A stretch of 64,000 nucleotides of DNA from a virus. Its lineage: Duplodnaviria > Caudoviricetes. Positions 18,337 through 27,123 of the stretch are shown in pieces (positions within the stretch are counted from its first letter, which is position 1; each line of letters opens with the position of its first letter). The notes beneath the pieces were generated by a model, which was given only the letters and a program-made list of their open reading frames with translations, was not told the DNA's origin and searched no databases. The DNA lies in the IMG/VR virus record IMGVR_UViG_3300033463_000011, positions 96,001 to 160,000 of that record; one strand, given 5' to 3'. Both the position numbers and the translations under genes were made by a program.

Positions 18337-18665
18337 TGAAGATATATGCTAACAGCTACACTAAAGAAGATTTAGAATATTATATTGGAAAAGATATCTG
18401 GGTCAAATGTTATTGTGCAAGCGGACATTCATATTACATGAGAATATTGTCTAAAGGTACTTCAAAATATGGAACTCCAATAATTATATTTAATAAGATA
18501 AAAGCTTATATAGTGGAAAACTTTAGGCCAACAATGAAATTGTTATCTACTTTGTTAAATGAGCAGGATCGCGGTATGATAAATGATTATGAAGTTTGTG
18601 AACCTATAGAAACACTAACAACTGACGAAATCATAGATATATTTGAACGAAAGAACGAACAATGA
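18336..18665 (+). CDS. GKDxW-family paralog 9/40
   Basis: MKIYAN...YIGKDIWVKC...EPIETLTTDEII. Confidence 0.88.
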   Translation: MKIYANSYTKEDLEYYIGKDIWVKCYCASGHSYYMRILSKGTSKYGTPIIIFNKIKAYIVENFRPTMKLLSTLLNEQDRGMINDYEVCEPIETLTTDEIIDIFERKNEQ

Positions 18666-18982
18666 TTATATACGCGTCGTCACAATCAAACGAACTTGAT
18701 AGATTCGTGGGCAAAGATGTGTGGATTAAAGCACACGTACCTAAACCCGGACCTAAATATAATGATCTCTATATATGGATACGAATACTCAATTCTGAAT
18801 ATGATGACGAATTAAAACAGGAAGGATACCGAGTTAACATTTGCGTTGATATGCGACACGTTAATAGCGAAGTCTTTAATGAAATATTAGATTACTCAGA
18901 AGTATTCCCTAAATATTATTTTAACGTAGTTAAACCTTATGACGTATTAACAACTAACGAACTAAAGGAGTCGCTTTCATGA
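18662..18982 (+). CDS. GKDxW-family paralog 10/40
   Basis: MIIYASS...LDRFVGKDVWIK...KPYDVLTTNEL. Confidence 0.88.
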   Translation: MIIYASSQSNELDRFVGKDVWIKAHVPKPGPKYNDLYIWIRILNSEYDDELKQEGYRVNICVDMRHVNSEVFNEILDYSEVFPKYYFNVVKPYDVLTTNELKESLS

Positions 18983-19323
18983 AAATCTACGCATCAAGAC
19001 AACGTAAAGTAGCTGATTTTGTTGGTACAGGCTTGTGGATTAAAGTAATGAATCCTGACAACAGTAATTATACTTCTTATATAAAGTTACTTAAAGAAGT
19101 AAAGAGTTTAGATGATTGCGAAGATTGGATTGGATACGAATTTCAATCAATTCCTGAATGGGAAATTAATAGTTGGATAAATGGTGAAGCAGTAATAAGC
19201 AAAAGAATGAAGCTCAAAAAAGACGTTGCCGATAAATCTTATTTCGACGGACTCGTTTACTTAAATGAATGCTTTACTGATGAAGAAATGATGGAGTTAA
19301 TAAGGAGTAATAAAGAGCAATGA
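18979..19323 (+). CDS. GKDxW-family paralog 11/40
   Basis: MKIYAS...FVGTGLWIKV...ECFTDEEM. Confidence 0.88.
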   Translation: MKIYASRQRKVADFVGTGLWIKVMNPDNSNYTSYIKLLKEVKSLDDCEDWIGYEFQSIPEWEINSWINGEAVISKRMKLKKDVADKSYFDGLVYLNECFTDEEMMELIRSNKEQ

Positions 19324-19622
19324 AGATATATGCATCAACTTCAACTAACTTAGATAAATTCATTGGCAAAGATTTATGGGTGCTCGTTTTAAAACGCGGT
19401 GGAGGTAAATCTTGGGTTCGTATATTAAGAAAAGAACGTAATGAATATATAGTTAACGCTGTTCCTAGAAACTTTGCGGATTATAGTGGATTTAATGCAA
19501 GAGACGCTAATTTTTACAACCAACACGCAATTCGTTTCTTCACAAACGAATTAATTTTAGTTCAACCTGTAGAAATTTTGACAACAGAAGAAATGTTTGA
19601 AAACCATAAGGAGGATCTCTGA
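19320..19622 (+). CDS. GKDxW-family paralog 12/40
   Basis: MKIYAS...LDKFIGKDLWV...QPVEILTTEEMF. Confidence 0.88.
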   Translation: MKIYASTSTNLDKFIGKDLWVLVLKRGGGKSWVRILRKERNEYIVNAVPRNFADYSGFNARDANFYNQHAIRFFTNELILVQPVEILTTEEMFENHKEDL

Positions 19623-19933
19623 TGATTATATACGCAGCAAGACCAGTAATGAAAGAAAAGCCTGATGAAGATATATTTAAACAAGTAATCGGCAAAGATG
19701 TTTGGATTAAGGTAAGACCAAAGCATAGTCCGTCCGATACTTTATATGCCAAGATACTTCGTATTGATAATAATGGATGGTTCGAAACTAAAGCTATTGA
19801 TATAGATAGATTGAATTTTCTTAGAAATAATAGAGAAAAGATACCTACACGAGGGTATGGTCGTCATTTCTTAATTGTTTGCAGGCCTGTTGAAATAATA
19901 ACTGAAGACGAATTGTTTGAGACAGAGCAATGA
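19622..19933 (+). CDS. GKDxW-family paralog 13/40
   Basis: MIIYAA...VIGKDVWIKV...RPVEIITEDELF. Confidence 0.88.
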   Translation: MIIYAARPVMKEKPDEDIFKQVIGKDVWIKVRPKHSPSDTLYAKILRIDNNGWFETKAIDIDRLNFLRNNREKIPTRGYGRHFLIVCRPVEIITEDELFETEQ

Positions 19934-20262
19934 AGATATACGCAAATAAAAATCGTTATTTAGATCTAGAATACTTCAAAGGAAAAGAACTTTGGGTTAA
20001 AGTATTTAATGTAGAAACGATATCATTTCAGTATGTTAGAATACTGTCTATTGGTGGCAATTATGCACAATATAACAGAATTAATTCAGATGCCATAGAC
20101 GGAAATGATTTAGTATTACGTGAACATTTTGATTGGGTAACTAGTATTCTAACAAAGAAATTTTTAACTAAAGCAGATATGTTGCTAATAGCAGAGCCTA
20201 TAGAATTACTAACAACGGATGAATTTGTTGATTTAGTAAAAGAAAAGCAGGTGTATCCATGA
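19930..20262 (+). CDS. GKDxW-family paralog 14/40
   Basis: MKIYAN...FKGKELWVKV...EPIELLTTDEF. Confidence 0.88.
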   Translation: MKIYANKNRYLDLEYFKGKELWVKVFNVETISFQYVRILSIGGNYAQYNRINSDAIDGNDLVLREHFDWVTSILTKKFLTKADMLLIAEPIELLTTDEFVDLVKEKQVYP

Positions 20263-20594
20263 AGATATATTCATCAAAATATTCAAATCAATTTGATAAA
20301 TATGCAGGAAAAGATATCTGGGTTAAAGTTAGAAGCAATAATCACAGCAATTACTTTTATATCAAGGTACTATATACCGAAGGTGATAACGTAGTTTGTA
20401 ACTCTGCACTTTCAGATTACATAGAGTCTCCTATAAATGATGTGTCAATTAAATGGGAAGACCTAGTAAACTATTTAAGCACTCAGTATACTTTTTACAT
20501 TCCTGATTTAACAATAGTGCATCCTGTGCAAACATTCACATATGAGGAATTAATCGAAGAGATTTCAGCTAACTACACTATTGATTACACGTAA
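20259..20594 (+). CDS. GKDxW-family paralog 15/40
   Basis: MKIYSS...YAGKDIWVKV...HPVQTFTYEEL. Confidence 0.88.
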   Translation: MKIYSSKYSNQFDKYAGKDIWVKVRSNNHSNYFYIKVLYTEGDNVVCNSALSDYIESPINDVSIKWEDLVNYLSTQYTFYIPDLTIVHPVQTFTYEELIEEISANYTIDYT

Positions 20595-20629
20595 CGCTGA
20601 ATCGTTATATATTGCGAGGAGGCTTAGTT

Positions 20630-21106
20630 ATGTTTGAAAAGAGGTTTAGTTCCCCAGAATCATTAAATTATTATATGTCGGATTTTGAATACAAAGAATT
20701 CGATAGATTAATGAGTCCCGTACAGGTATTTGAACAAGAAAGCGGATCTTGCCATGACCTAGCTATTTTTGAAAATTACGAGTTATCTATCATGGGGTTA
20801 GATACTGTAGCAAAATTTCTTATTGCAGTTGATGATATTGGGCAAGGGCAAGAAACCCATTCATTTGTATACTATTTTAATGATGATAAAGTATATTGGT
20901 TTGAAAATGCTTGGACAGATTTTAGCGGAATCAATGAATTTGATAGCGAAGAAGAATTACTTGCATTTGTAATCGGAGAATTTTCAGCAAGAAACTTAGG
21001 TATGACAATATATATTGCAGATTTAATACCTAGAGAACATAGAGTTGGTGAAACTTTAAATCAGTTTGTCGATATCTGCATGGAAACTGCAGAAGAAATA
21101 AAATAA
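20630..21106 (+). CDS. Transglutaminase-like (papain-fold) Cys-His protein
   Basis: SGSCHD...THSFVYY...VYWFENAW; GAGGAGG RBS; AATCGTTAT at 20600. Confidence 0.55.
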   Translation: MFEKRFSSPESLNYYMSDFEYKEFDRLMSPVQVFEQESGSCHDLAIFENYELSIMGLDTVAKFLIAVDDIGQGQETHSFVYYFNDDKVYWFENAWTDFSGINEFDSEEELLAFVIGEFSARNLGMTIYIADLIPREHRVGETLNQFVDICMETAEEIK

Positions 21107-21240
21107 AATTTATTAATAAGGCATTAATTTTAAAATAATTTCAGAAATTTTAAATGATTCTCTTTTAATTTTGTATCTTTTATCATATAATTATAATATC
21201 ATAATGGTTTCACATATCAATAGTCTATTAGACGGAGGAC
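21104..21240 (+). promoter_or_regulatory. AT-rich upstream region, copy 1 of a duplicated promoter-like block
   Basis: TAAAATTTATTAATAA...TATAATTATAATA...CATATCAATA...GGAGGAC, shared in order with 25201-25323. Confidence 0.55.
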
Positions 21241-21246
21241 CTACAT

Positions 21247-23403
21247 ATGTCACAGATCAAAGAATACAAAATCGAAGTTAAGTCCTGGATGACAAAGAAG
21301 TCAACTCCTGATTTTACTTTAATGAAGGATCTTAATAATGATATCCCGATGCCGTTGATGATTATGTACGGTGTCAAGATCGGAGAAACTGCTCGCAGAG
21401 TAAAGATGAAGCTTCACGGGGATATCAAGCAGCGCATTACCAAGAGATGTATGCACTGCGGTATAACAATCACTAATCCAATTTCTCAATATTTCGGAAT
21501 GGGTCCGGTATGCGGATCTCATAATTATATCAATCCCTTCGCTACTGAAGAGGATCTTAATAAGGCTATTGCAGCTTATAGAGAAAAACTCGTAAACACA
21601 ACTTGGGTAGGATATATTCCTAAATCTGCTATCGTTTCTATAGATGACGATCCGGATGTAGAAACAAAGCTCGCAGAGATGGAACTTGTTACTTGTGAAG
21701 AATCCGACAAGCCTGATAACAAGTATTCTACATATTCATATTCTCCTACAATTCACGCTAGAGTAGATAAGCCTATTCAGGGCACTGATGACTACTCAGT
21801 ATTTCTTACTTTTGATTACAACAAGAAAATAGTTGAAGCAGTCAAATCACTCAGAGTTCACATCTGGGATACAGAGAAGAAGCAGTGGGAGATAGAATAT
21901 AAAGAGTTTGAAGCTCTTAAGAAAGCACTTCCCAATTTTAAATTTGATACAACTAATGAAGATATTATCCCTGCTAAGGTAGAGATAAATGATTTGTCTT
22001 TATTCAAAACAACTCCGATGCATCATCAGATAGAGGGAATTGTATATGGCCTTAATCATAGCAGATTTCTTCTTGCAGATGACCAAGGATTGGGCAAGAC
22101 AAAAGAAGTTATCGACTTAGCTCTCATTCGCAAGAAGGCTCAGAATTTCAAGCACTGCCTTATCATCTGTTGCGTTAATTCTCTCAAGTGGAATTGGCTT
22201 GCAGAGATTGAGAAGCATTCATACGAAACAGGATATATCCTCGGAATGAGAACAATGAAGAGATCCGGTAAGCTTACAGTAGGCGGTAATCCAGAAAAGA
22301 TCGAAGATTTAGATAAGCTTCTTAACAGAGATCCCGAAATAGATTCCAATCTTTTTATCATCACTAATGTAGAGTCTTTACGCAACGCAACAATAGCAAG
22401 TAAGTTATCTGAGTTATGCGTTCAGAATATAATCAGCATGGTTGCTATCGATGAAATTCATCGTTGTCGTAATCTCCAGACTCAGCAAGGTCAGGGAATG
22501 CTTCAGCTTCAGCCCTCATTCAAAGTAGGTATGACAGGTACTCCTTTACTTAATACTCCCTTAGATCTCTTCGCAATTCTCAAGTGGTTGGGCTATCAGA
22601 GATACGGATTCTCTTCATTTAAGAATCACTTCTGTAATACTGATGCTTGGGGAAGCGTTATCGGCTATAAGAACATTGATCAGCTTAAAGGTCAGTTAGA
22701 TTCTATCATGCTCCGTAGAACAAAAGAAGAAGTTCTGGATCTTCCTGATAAGGTATACGTAAATGAATACGTAGAGCTCAGTGAAGAGCAGAAGAACCTC
22801 TACAACAAAGTACTTGTAGCTGCAGCTAATTCTTCTGAAACAGGAACAGATTGCATATTAGCAGCATACCTTAGACTTCGCCAGATTTCCGGAGGTATTG
22901 GACCTTATAGCTTCATCAAAAATAATGCTAAGCTCGACAGATTAGAGCAGCTGGTAGAAGAAGCAGTATATTCAGGTAACAAAGTAATTGTTTACAGCAA
23001 CTGGATAGAAGGTATAAAGCCCGCAGTTGAAAGGCTTCAGAAATATAATCCTGTAGTTATAACAGGCGAAATCAACGAATTAGATCGCCAGCCCATCGTA
23101 AATAAATTCCAGAATGACCCATCAGTTAAAATTATCTGCTGCACAACAAAAGCTGCAGGCGTAGGTATCACATTAACAGCCGCTAACGAAGTTATCTTCT
23201 TAGATGAGCCTTGGACTGACGGTGATAAGGAACAGGCTTGCGATAGAGCACACAGAATCGGAACATCTTCAACAGTAACAATCCATACAATTATTGGGCA
23301 TGATACTTATGACGAAGAAGTTCACGCAATTGTAAAGGGCAAGAAGAAGATGTCAGATACAATCGTTAATAAAAAGGATCTTGAAAAGCTCAAAATAGCA
23401 TAA
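21247..23403 (+). CDS. SNF2/SWI2-family helicase with N-terminal Zn-binding and HARP-like regions
   Basis: LLADDQGLGKT (Walker A), IDEIH, MTGTP, MLRRTKEEV, GVGITLT, QACDRAHRIG; N-terminal CMHCG...GMGPVC. Confidence 0.92.
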   Translation: MSQIKEYKIEVKSWMTKKSTPDFTLMKDLNNDIPMPLMIMYGVKIGETARRVKMKLHGDIKQRITKRCMHCGITITNPISQYFGMGPVCGSHNYINPFATEEDLNKAIAAYREKLVNTTWVGYIPKSAIVSIDDDPDVETKLAEMELVTCEESDKPDNKYSTYSYSPTIHARVDKPIQGTDDYSVFLTFDYNKKIVEAVKSLRVHIWDTEKKQWEIEYKEFEALKKALPNFKFDTTNEDIIPAKVEINDLSLFKTTPMHHQIEGIVYGLNHSRFLLADDQGLGKTKEVIDLALIRKKAQNFKHCLIICCVNSLKWNWLAEIEKHSYETGYILGMRTMKRSGKLTVGGNPEKIEDLDKLLNRDPEIDSNLFIITNVESLRNATIASKLSELCVQNIISMVAIDEIHRCRNLQTQQGQGMLQLQPSFKVGMTGTPLLNTPLDLFAILKWLGYQRYGFSSFKNHFCNTDAWGSVIGYKNIDQLKGQLDSIMLRRTKEEVLDLPDKVYVNEYVELSEEQKNLYNKVLVAAANSSETGTDCILAAYLRLRQISGGIGPYSFIKNNAKLDRLEQLVEEAVYSGNKVIVYSNWIEGIKPAVERLQKYNPVVITGEINELDRQPIVNKFQNDPSVKIICCTTKAAGVGITLTAANEVIFLDEPWTDGDKEQACDRAHRIGTSSTVTIHTIIGHDTYDEEVHAIVKGKKKMSDTIVNKKDLEKLKIA

Positions 23404-23417
23404 AGGAGGTATCATAT

Positions 23418-23816
23418 ATGGTCGGCAAAATAGTTAAGATGTGGAAATATCCTCCGGGAATTGGATTTATTCAAGGGGACGACGGTGTTGAGTACTATCT
23501 GCATTGGAAGAATTGTACTAAACACACTAAAACTTTCAAAGAAGGCAATTTTGTAGAATTCGATATAGGTGAAGTTAAAGAATCTACTCGACCTTATGCT
23601 CTAAACATACGTAAGATAGGGCACGGAGTAAATCATCCATTTGCAAGAGATATTCAAGTTATCGGAGATAACATATTGAAATTCATTCCAGATGACTGCG
23701 AAAGTAAACAATATATGCTCCGCAATATAGATGCAATTTACAAATACTTTTGTAATGTTAAGGATTGCGATCAGTATTCAAATCCTAAAGAGTATTTCAG
23801 AAACCTTGATAATTAA
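23418..23816 (+). CDS. Cold-shock domain protein with C-terminal extension
   Basis: GKIVKMW...GIGFIQGDDGVEYYLHW...EGNFVEFDI...ALNIRK. Confidence 0.75.
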   Translation: MVGKIVKMWKYPPGIGFIQGDDGVEYYLHWKNCTKHTKTFKEGNFVEFDIGEVKESTRPYALNIRKIGHGVNHPFARDIQVIGDNILKFIPDDCESKQYMLRNIDAIYKYFCNVKDCDQYSNPKEYFRNLDN

Positions 23817-23867
23817 ATCAGAATCGTTATAAACTTTGTATCAATAATTCTAATAGGAGGCTATCAT

Positions 23868-24446
23868 ATGAATGGCGTTATCAATTATAGCAAATTAGTT
23901 AATCCAGCTCCTTCTTGGTCTTTTCATCTTGATAATAATGGAGACCAGTCCGATGTAATAATCCTTTTAAGATCTGAGGATGATATCCGAGCTAGATACG
24001 AAGGAGATAGTTCAAACAATGAAAATATGAAAATCATTATCCCATTATATGACGTAGTAAACGATCAAGTTATCTTCTGGACACGAAGTAAATTTGTATG
24101 TCATCAGCTTGCTAATATATTCAAATGTTACAAAGATCCAACACAATTTGTTTTCAGAATAACAAGATATGGGGAAAGATTATTAACTACTTATAACATA
24201 GAAGCAATTGCTAATAACACAGTTAAATCTTATGAAGATATTTATGATGCATGGGTTGATAAAGTACCTAGTATTTATCAAGGAATTTTAGTTAGTCCTT
24301 ATGGTGAAGACTTAGAAGATATTTCTGAGATTGAAATAGATGAGCATAAACTTACACCGCTTACTTGTAAATGCTGTGGTGGATCTATAGATAAGCAACA
24401 TATGACGTGCAAATTTTGCGGAACACATTATATTCTACCAAAATAA
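23868..24446 (+). CDS. Possible degenerate phage ssDNA-binding (OB-fold) protein with C-terminal Zn ribbon
   Basis: IPLYDV...VIFWTR...FRITRYGE...TTYNI; CKCCGG...CKFCG. Confidence 0.4.
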   Translation: MNGVINYSKLVNPAPSWSFHLDNNGDQSDVIILLRSEDDIRARYEGDSSNNENMKIIIPLYDVVNDQVIFWTRSKFVCHQLANIFKCYKDPTQFVFRITRYGERLLTTYNIEAIANNTVKSYEDIYDAWVDKVPSIYQGILVSPYGEDLEDISEIEIDEHKLTPLTCKCCGGSIDKQHMTCKFCGTHYILPK

Positions 24447-24562
24447 AATATGATATATACATCTAGTAATAACGGCGGTAAATCCAAATGTAAGTATTAT
24501 AAGGTTTGCGGTAACTACGAAAACTGTAAGAGATGCGAAAGTTTTGAAAGGAAGGAAAGAAT

Positions 24563-24868
24563 ATGTGCAAGAACAAAGATGAATTCTCAAAGATAGTTAG
24601 AAAGCGCAGAAGAGCTGTCGCTCTAAAAAAGAAGTTGGAATCTTGGATTGATAAAATGGATGATGAAATCATCAAATACGCTCATGCAAAAGGAGTTAAG
24701 GGCGGAAAAGATAACAACACTTTAATAGTATTTGGAGATGATTACAAAGCTTCTGTCATTATGATCACTCAGCATCCTTGGGATGGAGACAAGTTAAGAA
24801 AATACTTAGGAGATAACATATCTCAATTTCAGAAAACAAGTACGTTTTCTAAAGTAGATATACGGTAA
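24563..24868 (+). CDS. Hypothetical protein
   Basis: 101-aa ORF with AAGGA RBS. Confidence 0.7.
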   Translation: MCKNKDEFSKIVRKRRRAVALKKKLESWIDKMDDEIIKYAHAKGVKGGKDNNTLIVFGDDYKASVIMITQHPWDGDKLRKYLGDNISQFQKTSTFSKVDIR

Positions 24869-24873
24869 TAACT

Positions 24874-25203
24874 ATGATAACTGATTTAAATGATCTTTCA
24901 GAATTATGCAGCAAACAATTCAGCGGGACTGTTTTAACTCCCGCTGAAGTTGCTGATAAAATAATCAAACTCAATGACGCATTTGAGATAGTCCCTTCAG
25001 TAAAATTCATAATAGCCTTCGGAGAAGAAGATGAATCTGAAGATCTTTTGGAAGATTGGACTGAAATAGGTAGACGCCCTCTAAATGAACTTCCGAGTGA
25101 AATATCAAACTACAAATTTCTTGTATATGACATAATATATAACAGCAAAGCTAATTATATAGTGATAATGATGAAAGGTGATATGTCAGAATATCATAAA
25201 TAA
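24874..25203 (+). CDS. Hypothetical protein
   Basis: 109-aa ORF in the operon. Confidence 0.7.
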   Translation: MITDLNDLSELCSKQFSGTVLTPAEVADKIIKLNDAFEIVPSVKFIIAFGEEDESEDLLEDWTEIGRRPLNELPSEISNYKFLVYDIIYNSKANYIVIMMKGDMSEYHK

Positions 25204-25323
25204 AATTTATTAATAAAGTATTAAATTTTCAAATAATAAGCGAATTTACTTTTATTTTTACTCCTGTGGGCTTATAATTATAATAACATTACGCCTATTC
25301 ATATCAATACTCATCAGGAGGAC
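25201..25323 (+). promoter_or_regulatory. AT-rich upstream region, copy 2 of the duplicated promoter-like block
   Basis: Same ordered motifs as 21104-21240. Confidence 0.55.
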
Positions 25324-25329
25324 ACGGCG

Positions 25330-25593
25330 ATGACACACGCAAATAATATCCAGTACTTGGTAGTAGTCGGTAACACTATGCTCAATAACAGACATCAAGT
25401 TTTCTGCAACAGCATTGAAGAGTGCCGGAGAGTAATCAGAGACTACACAAGAAACGTCAGTGGAATATACGGTTACGGATACGACGATGAAGGCGATGTT
25501 TATCTTTTAGAAGATTGCATCATGGAGCGTATCGGAAATATCTCTTACAACGGAAGGTTTCATTCTGAAGAAGAGCTCATCATAACAACTTAA
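25330..25593 (+). CDS. Hypothetical protein, probably early
   Basis: AGGAGG RBS; 87 aa. Confidence 0.75.
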   Translation: MTHANNIQYLVVVGNTMLNNRHQVFCNSIEECRRVIRDYTRNVSGIYGYGYDDEGDVYLLEDCIMERIGNISYNGRFHSEEELIITT

Positions 25594-25704
25594 CCTTTAT
25601 TGATATCAATAAACACATCTTGTCAGTTTTTGCCATAAAGACAGTGCGGATATGAGGAAGTGCTACGGTACTCCTCATATCTATGTATAACCTTGTATAA
25701 ATAC

Positions 25705-25914
25705 ATGAGCGATAGACAGAGAAATACATTTCAGTATAACAACGTCAATATAATTGTAGAGTCCGATATAGAATCTGTATCAGGTATATCATTCCTCATT
25801 AAAGATGGATCACTTCCTGGAGAATCATATTTAGCTTTTGCATACTTTGACGATACAAAGAAATTCATAGACTGCGGTTGCAACTGGGACAAATTTTTAA
25901 ACGGCGGTCGCTAA
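25705..25914 (+). CDS. Small hypothetical protein, possibly leaderless
   Basis: ATG 25705 lies 16 nt after the start of AACCTT (25689); no RBS. Confidence 0.55.
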   Translation: MSDRQRNTFQYNNVNIIVESDIESVSGISFLIKDGSLPGESYLAFAYFDDTKKFIDCGCNWDKFLNGGR

Positions 25915-25940
25915 TGCCTAAAGTTTCACATATACTTAAT

Positions 25941-25972
25941 TACCTATTCTGAGAATTCAGGGTAGGTATTTT
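25941..25972 (+). terminator. Intrinsic terminator-like hairpin
   Basis: TACCTATTCTGA-gaat-TCAGGGTAGGTA-TTTT. Confidence 0.65.
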
Positions 25973-26092
25973 GTTGTAACCTTTTATGATATAGTAAGCA
26001 GTATCTACCGATAACACTTTTACAGTAGGTATAAGGACACAAATAAATAAATCGAAATACCAATCTACCAAAAACTTTTAGGAGGAAATTAA

Positions 26093-26914
26093 ATGGCTAT
26101 TTCAGAAAGAATTGAACTTTTAGGCAAAGGACTGTATTCAGATTCAGGTATCCCTGACATACTCACATTAAAGAGCATTCCAACTGCATCAGAACTCGAT
26201 TATGTAGGTGGAGAAGATTTTATCGCTACAATGCTTGATGTTATCTTCCCTAAAGCAATCGAAGAAAAATGTGATTTTCATAAGTTGTTAGAGATTGATT
26301 TTCAGTGGGTCTGTAGAGCACTTAGGATATTGAATTACGGCCCCTATATAACAACAAATGCAATCTTTTGTTCCGAATGCGATGTAACTTCTCGTGGAGA
26401 ATATCAAGTAGATTTACGTTCAGTAGAAGTAAAGACACTTCCTGAAAAGTTTGATAATAACATAAAGATATCTCGTGACGAATTTATCGAATTCGATGGC
26501 GATATTATATTAAAACTCCCAACAATTCAAGATATGGTTAACGCAAATAAAGATAAGTTATTTGTGTTAAGTAATGGTGAAAGAAATTTTGATTTAGCTA
26601 GAATATGCTACATGATTAAATCTATCAAAGGTGAAACAAGTTTAACTCCTGCGGATATTAAATACAAGATTCAAAATAGCATGACTTCTGCAGATTTCTT
26701 AATCCTTAAAGATAAAGTTTCTGAATTAACAAATTATGGACTTAGAGCAGGAGGTTCAACACGTTGCCCTAAATGCGGAAGCGGAGAAGCAGCATTTATC
26801 GCGTTGGTTGACGATAGATTCTTTCGCCCGACCGTGGGAAATCTCAGGGCCTGGAAGGCTGATAGATGTGCCGAGAAGTCAAGTGGATCCGCTAAGGGAA
26901 ACGATAAAACTTAA
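26093..26914 (+). CDS. Tail assembly chaperone / baseplate hub assembly protein with two CxxC motifs
   Basis: Just upstream of the tape measure gene; CSEC...LKLPT...CPKCG...FFRP pattern of myophage chaperone/hub proteins. Confidence 0.7.
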   Translation: MAISERIELLGKGLYSDSGIPDILTLKSIPTASELDYVGGEDFIATMLDVIFPKAIEEKCDFHKLLEIDFQWVCRALRILNYGPYITTNAIFCSECDVTSRGEYQVDLRSVEVKTLPEKFDNNIKISRDEFIEFDGDIILKLPTIQDMVNANKDKLFVLSNGERNFDLARICYMIKSIKGETSLTPADIKYKIQNSMTSADFLILKDKVSELTNYGLRAGGSTRCPKCGSGEAAFIALVDDRFFRPTVGNLRAWKADRCAEKSSGSAKGNDKT

Positions 26915-27122
26915 TGGACAAATAAAAACATTTCATCAAATGCGTCAAGATAGATATGAACGCATAATAGATGAAACATTATTCATATCAAGAGCATCAG
27001 AAGGTGCAGTAAGTGCAGAATGGGTCATGGATCAACCTATTTTTGTAAGGACAAAATATGTAGAATCTTTTGAAAAAGAACTAAAGGAACGGCAACAGCA
27101 ATTAGAGAAGCATAAGAAGTAA
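26736..27122 (+). CDS. Overlapping +1-frame ORF, probably a frameshift extension of the chaperone (or a short gene from ATG 26940)
   Basis: Overlaps 26093..26914 by 179 nt; candidate slip site TTC TTT CGC at 26819-26827. Confidence 0.55.
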   Translation: MDLEQEVQHVALNAEAEKQHLSRWLTIDSFARPWEISGPGRLIDVPRSQVDPLRETIKLNGQIKTFHQMRQDRYERIIDETLFISRASEGAVSAEWVMDQPIFVRTKYVESFEKELKERQQQLEKHKK

Positions 27123-27123
27123 A

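Noticed and set aside
24450-24596. 48-aa Cys-rich ORF (MIYTSSNNGGKSKCKYYKVCG...)
   Set aside because: It fills a gap but has no RBS and overlaps the next gene by 34 nt; too weak to call.
26836-26908. Canonical -1 frameshift at G GGA AAT or G GGA AAC in the tail chaperone
   Set aside because: The -1 frame stops at TGA 26860 and at TAA two codons after the second site. The downstream ORF is in the +1/-2 frame.
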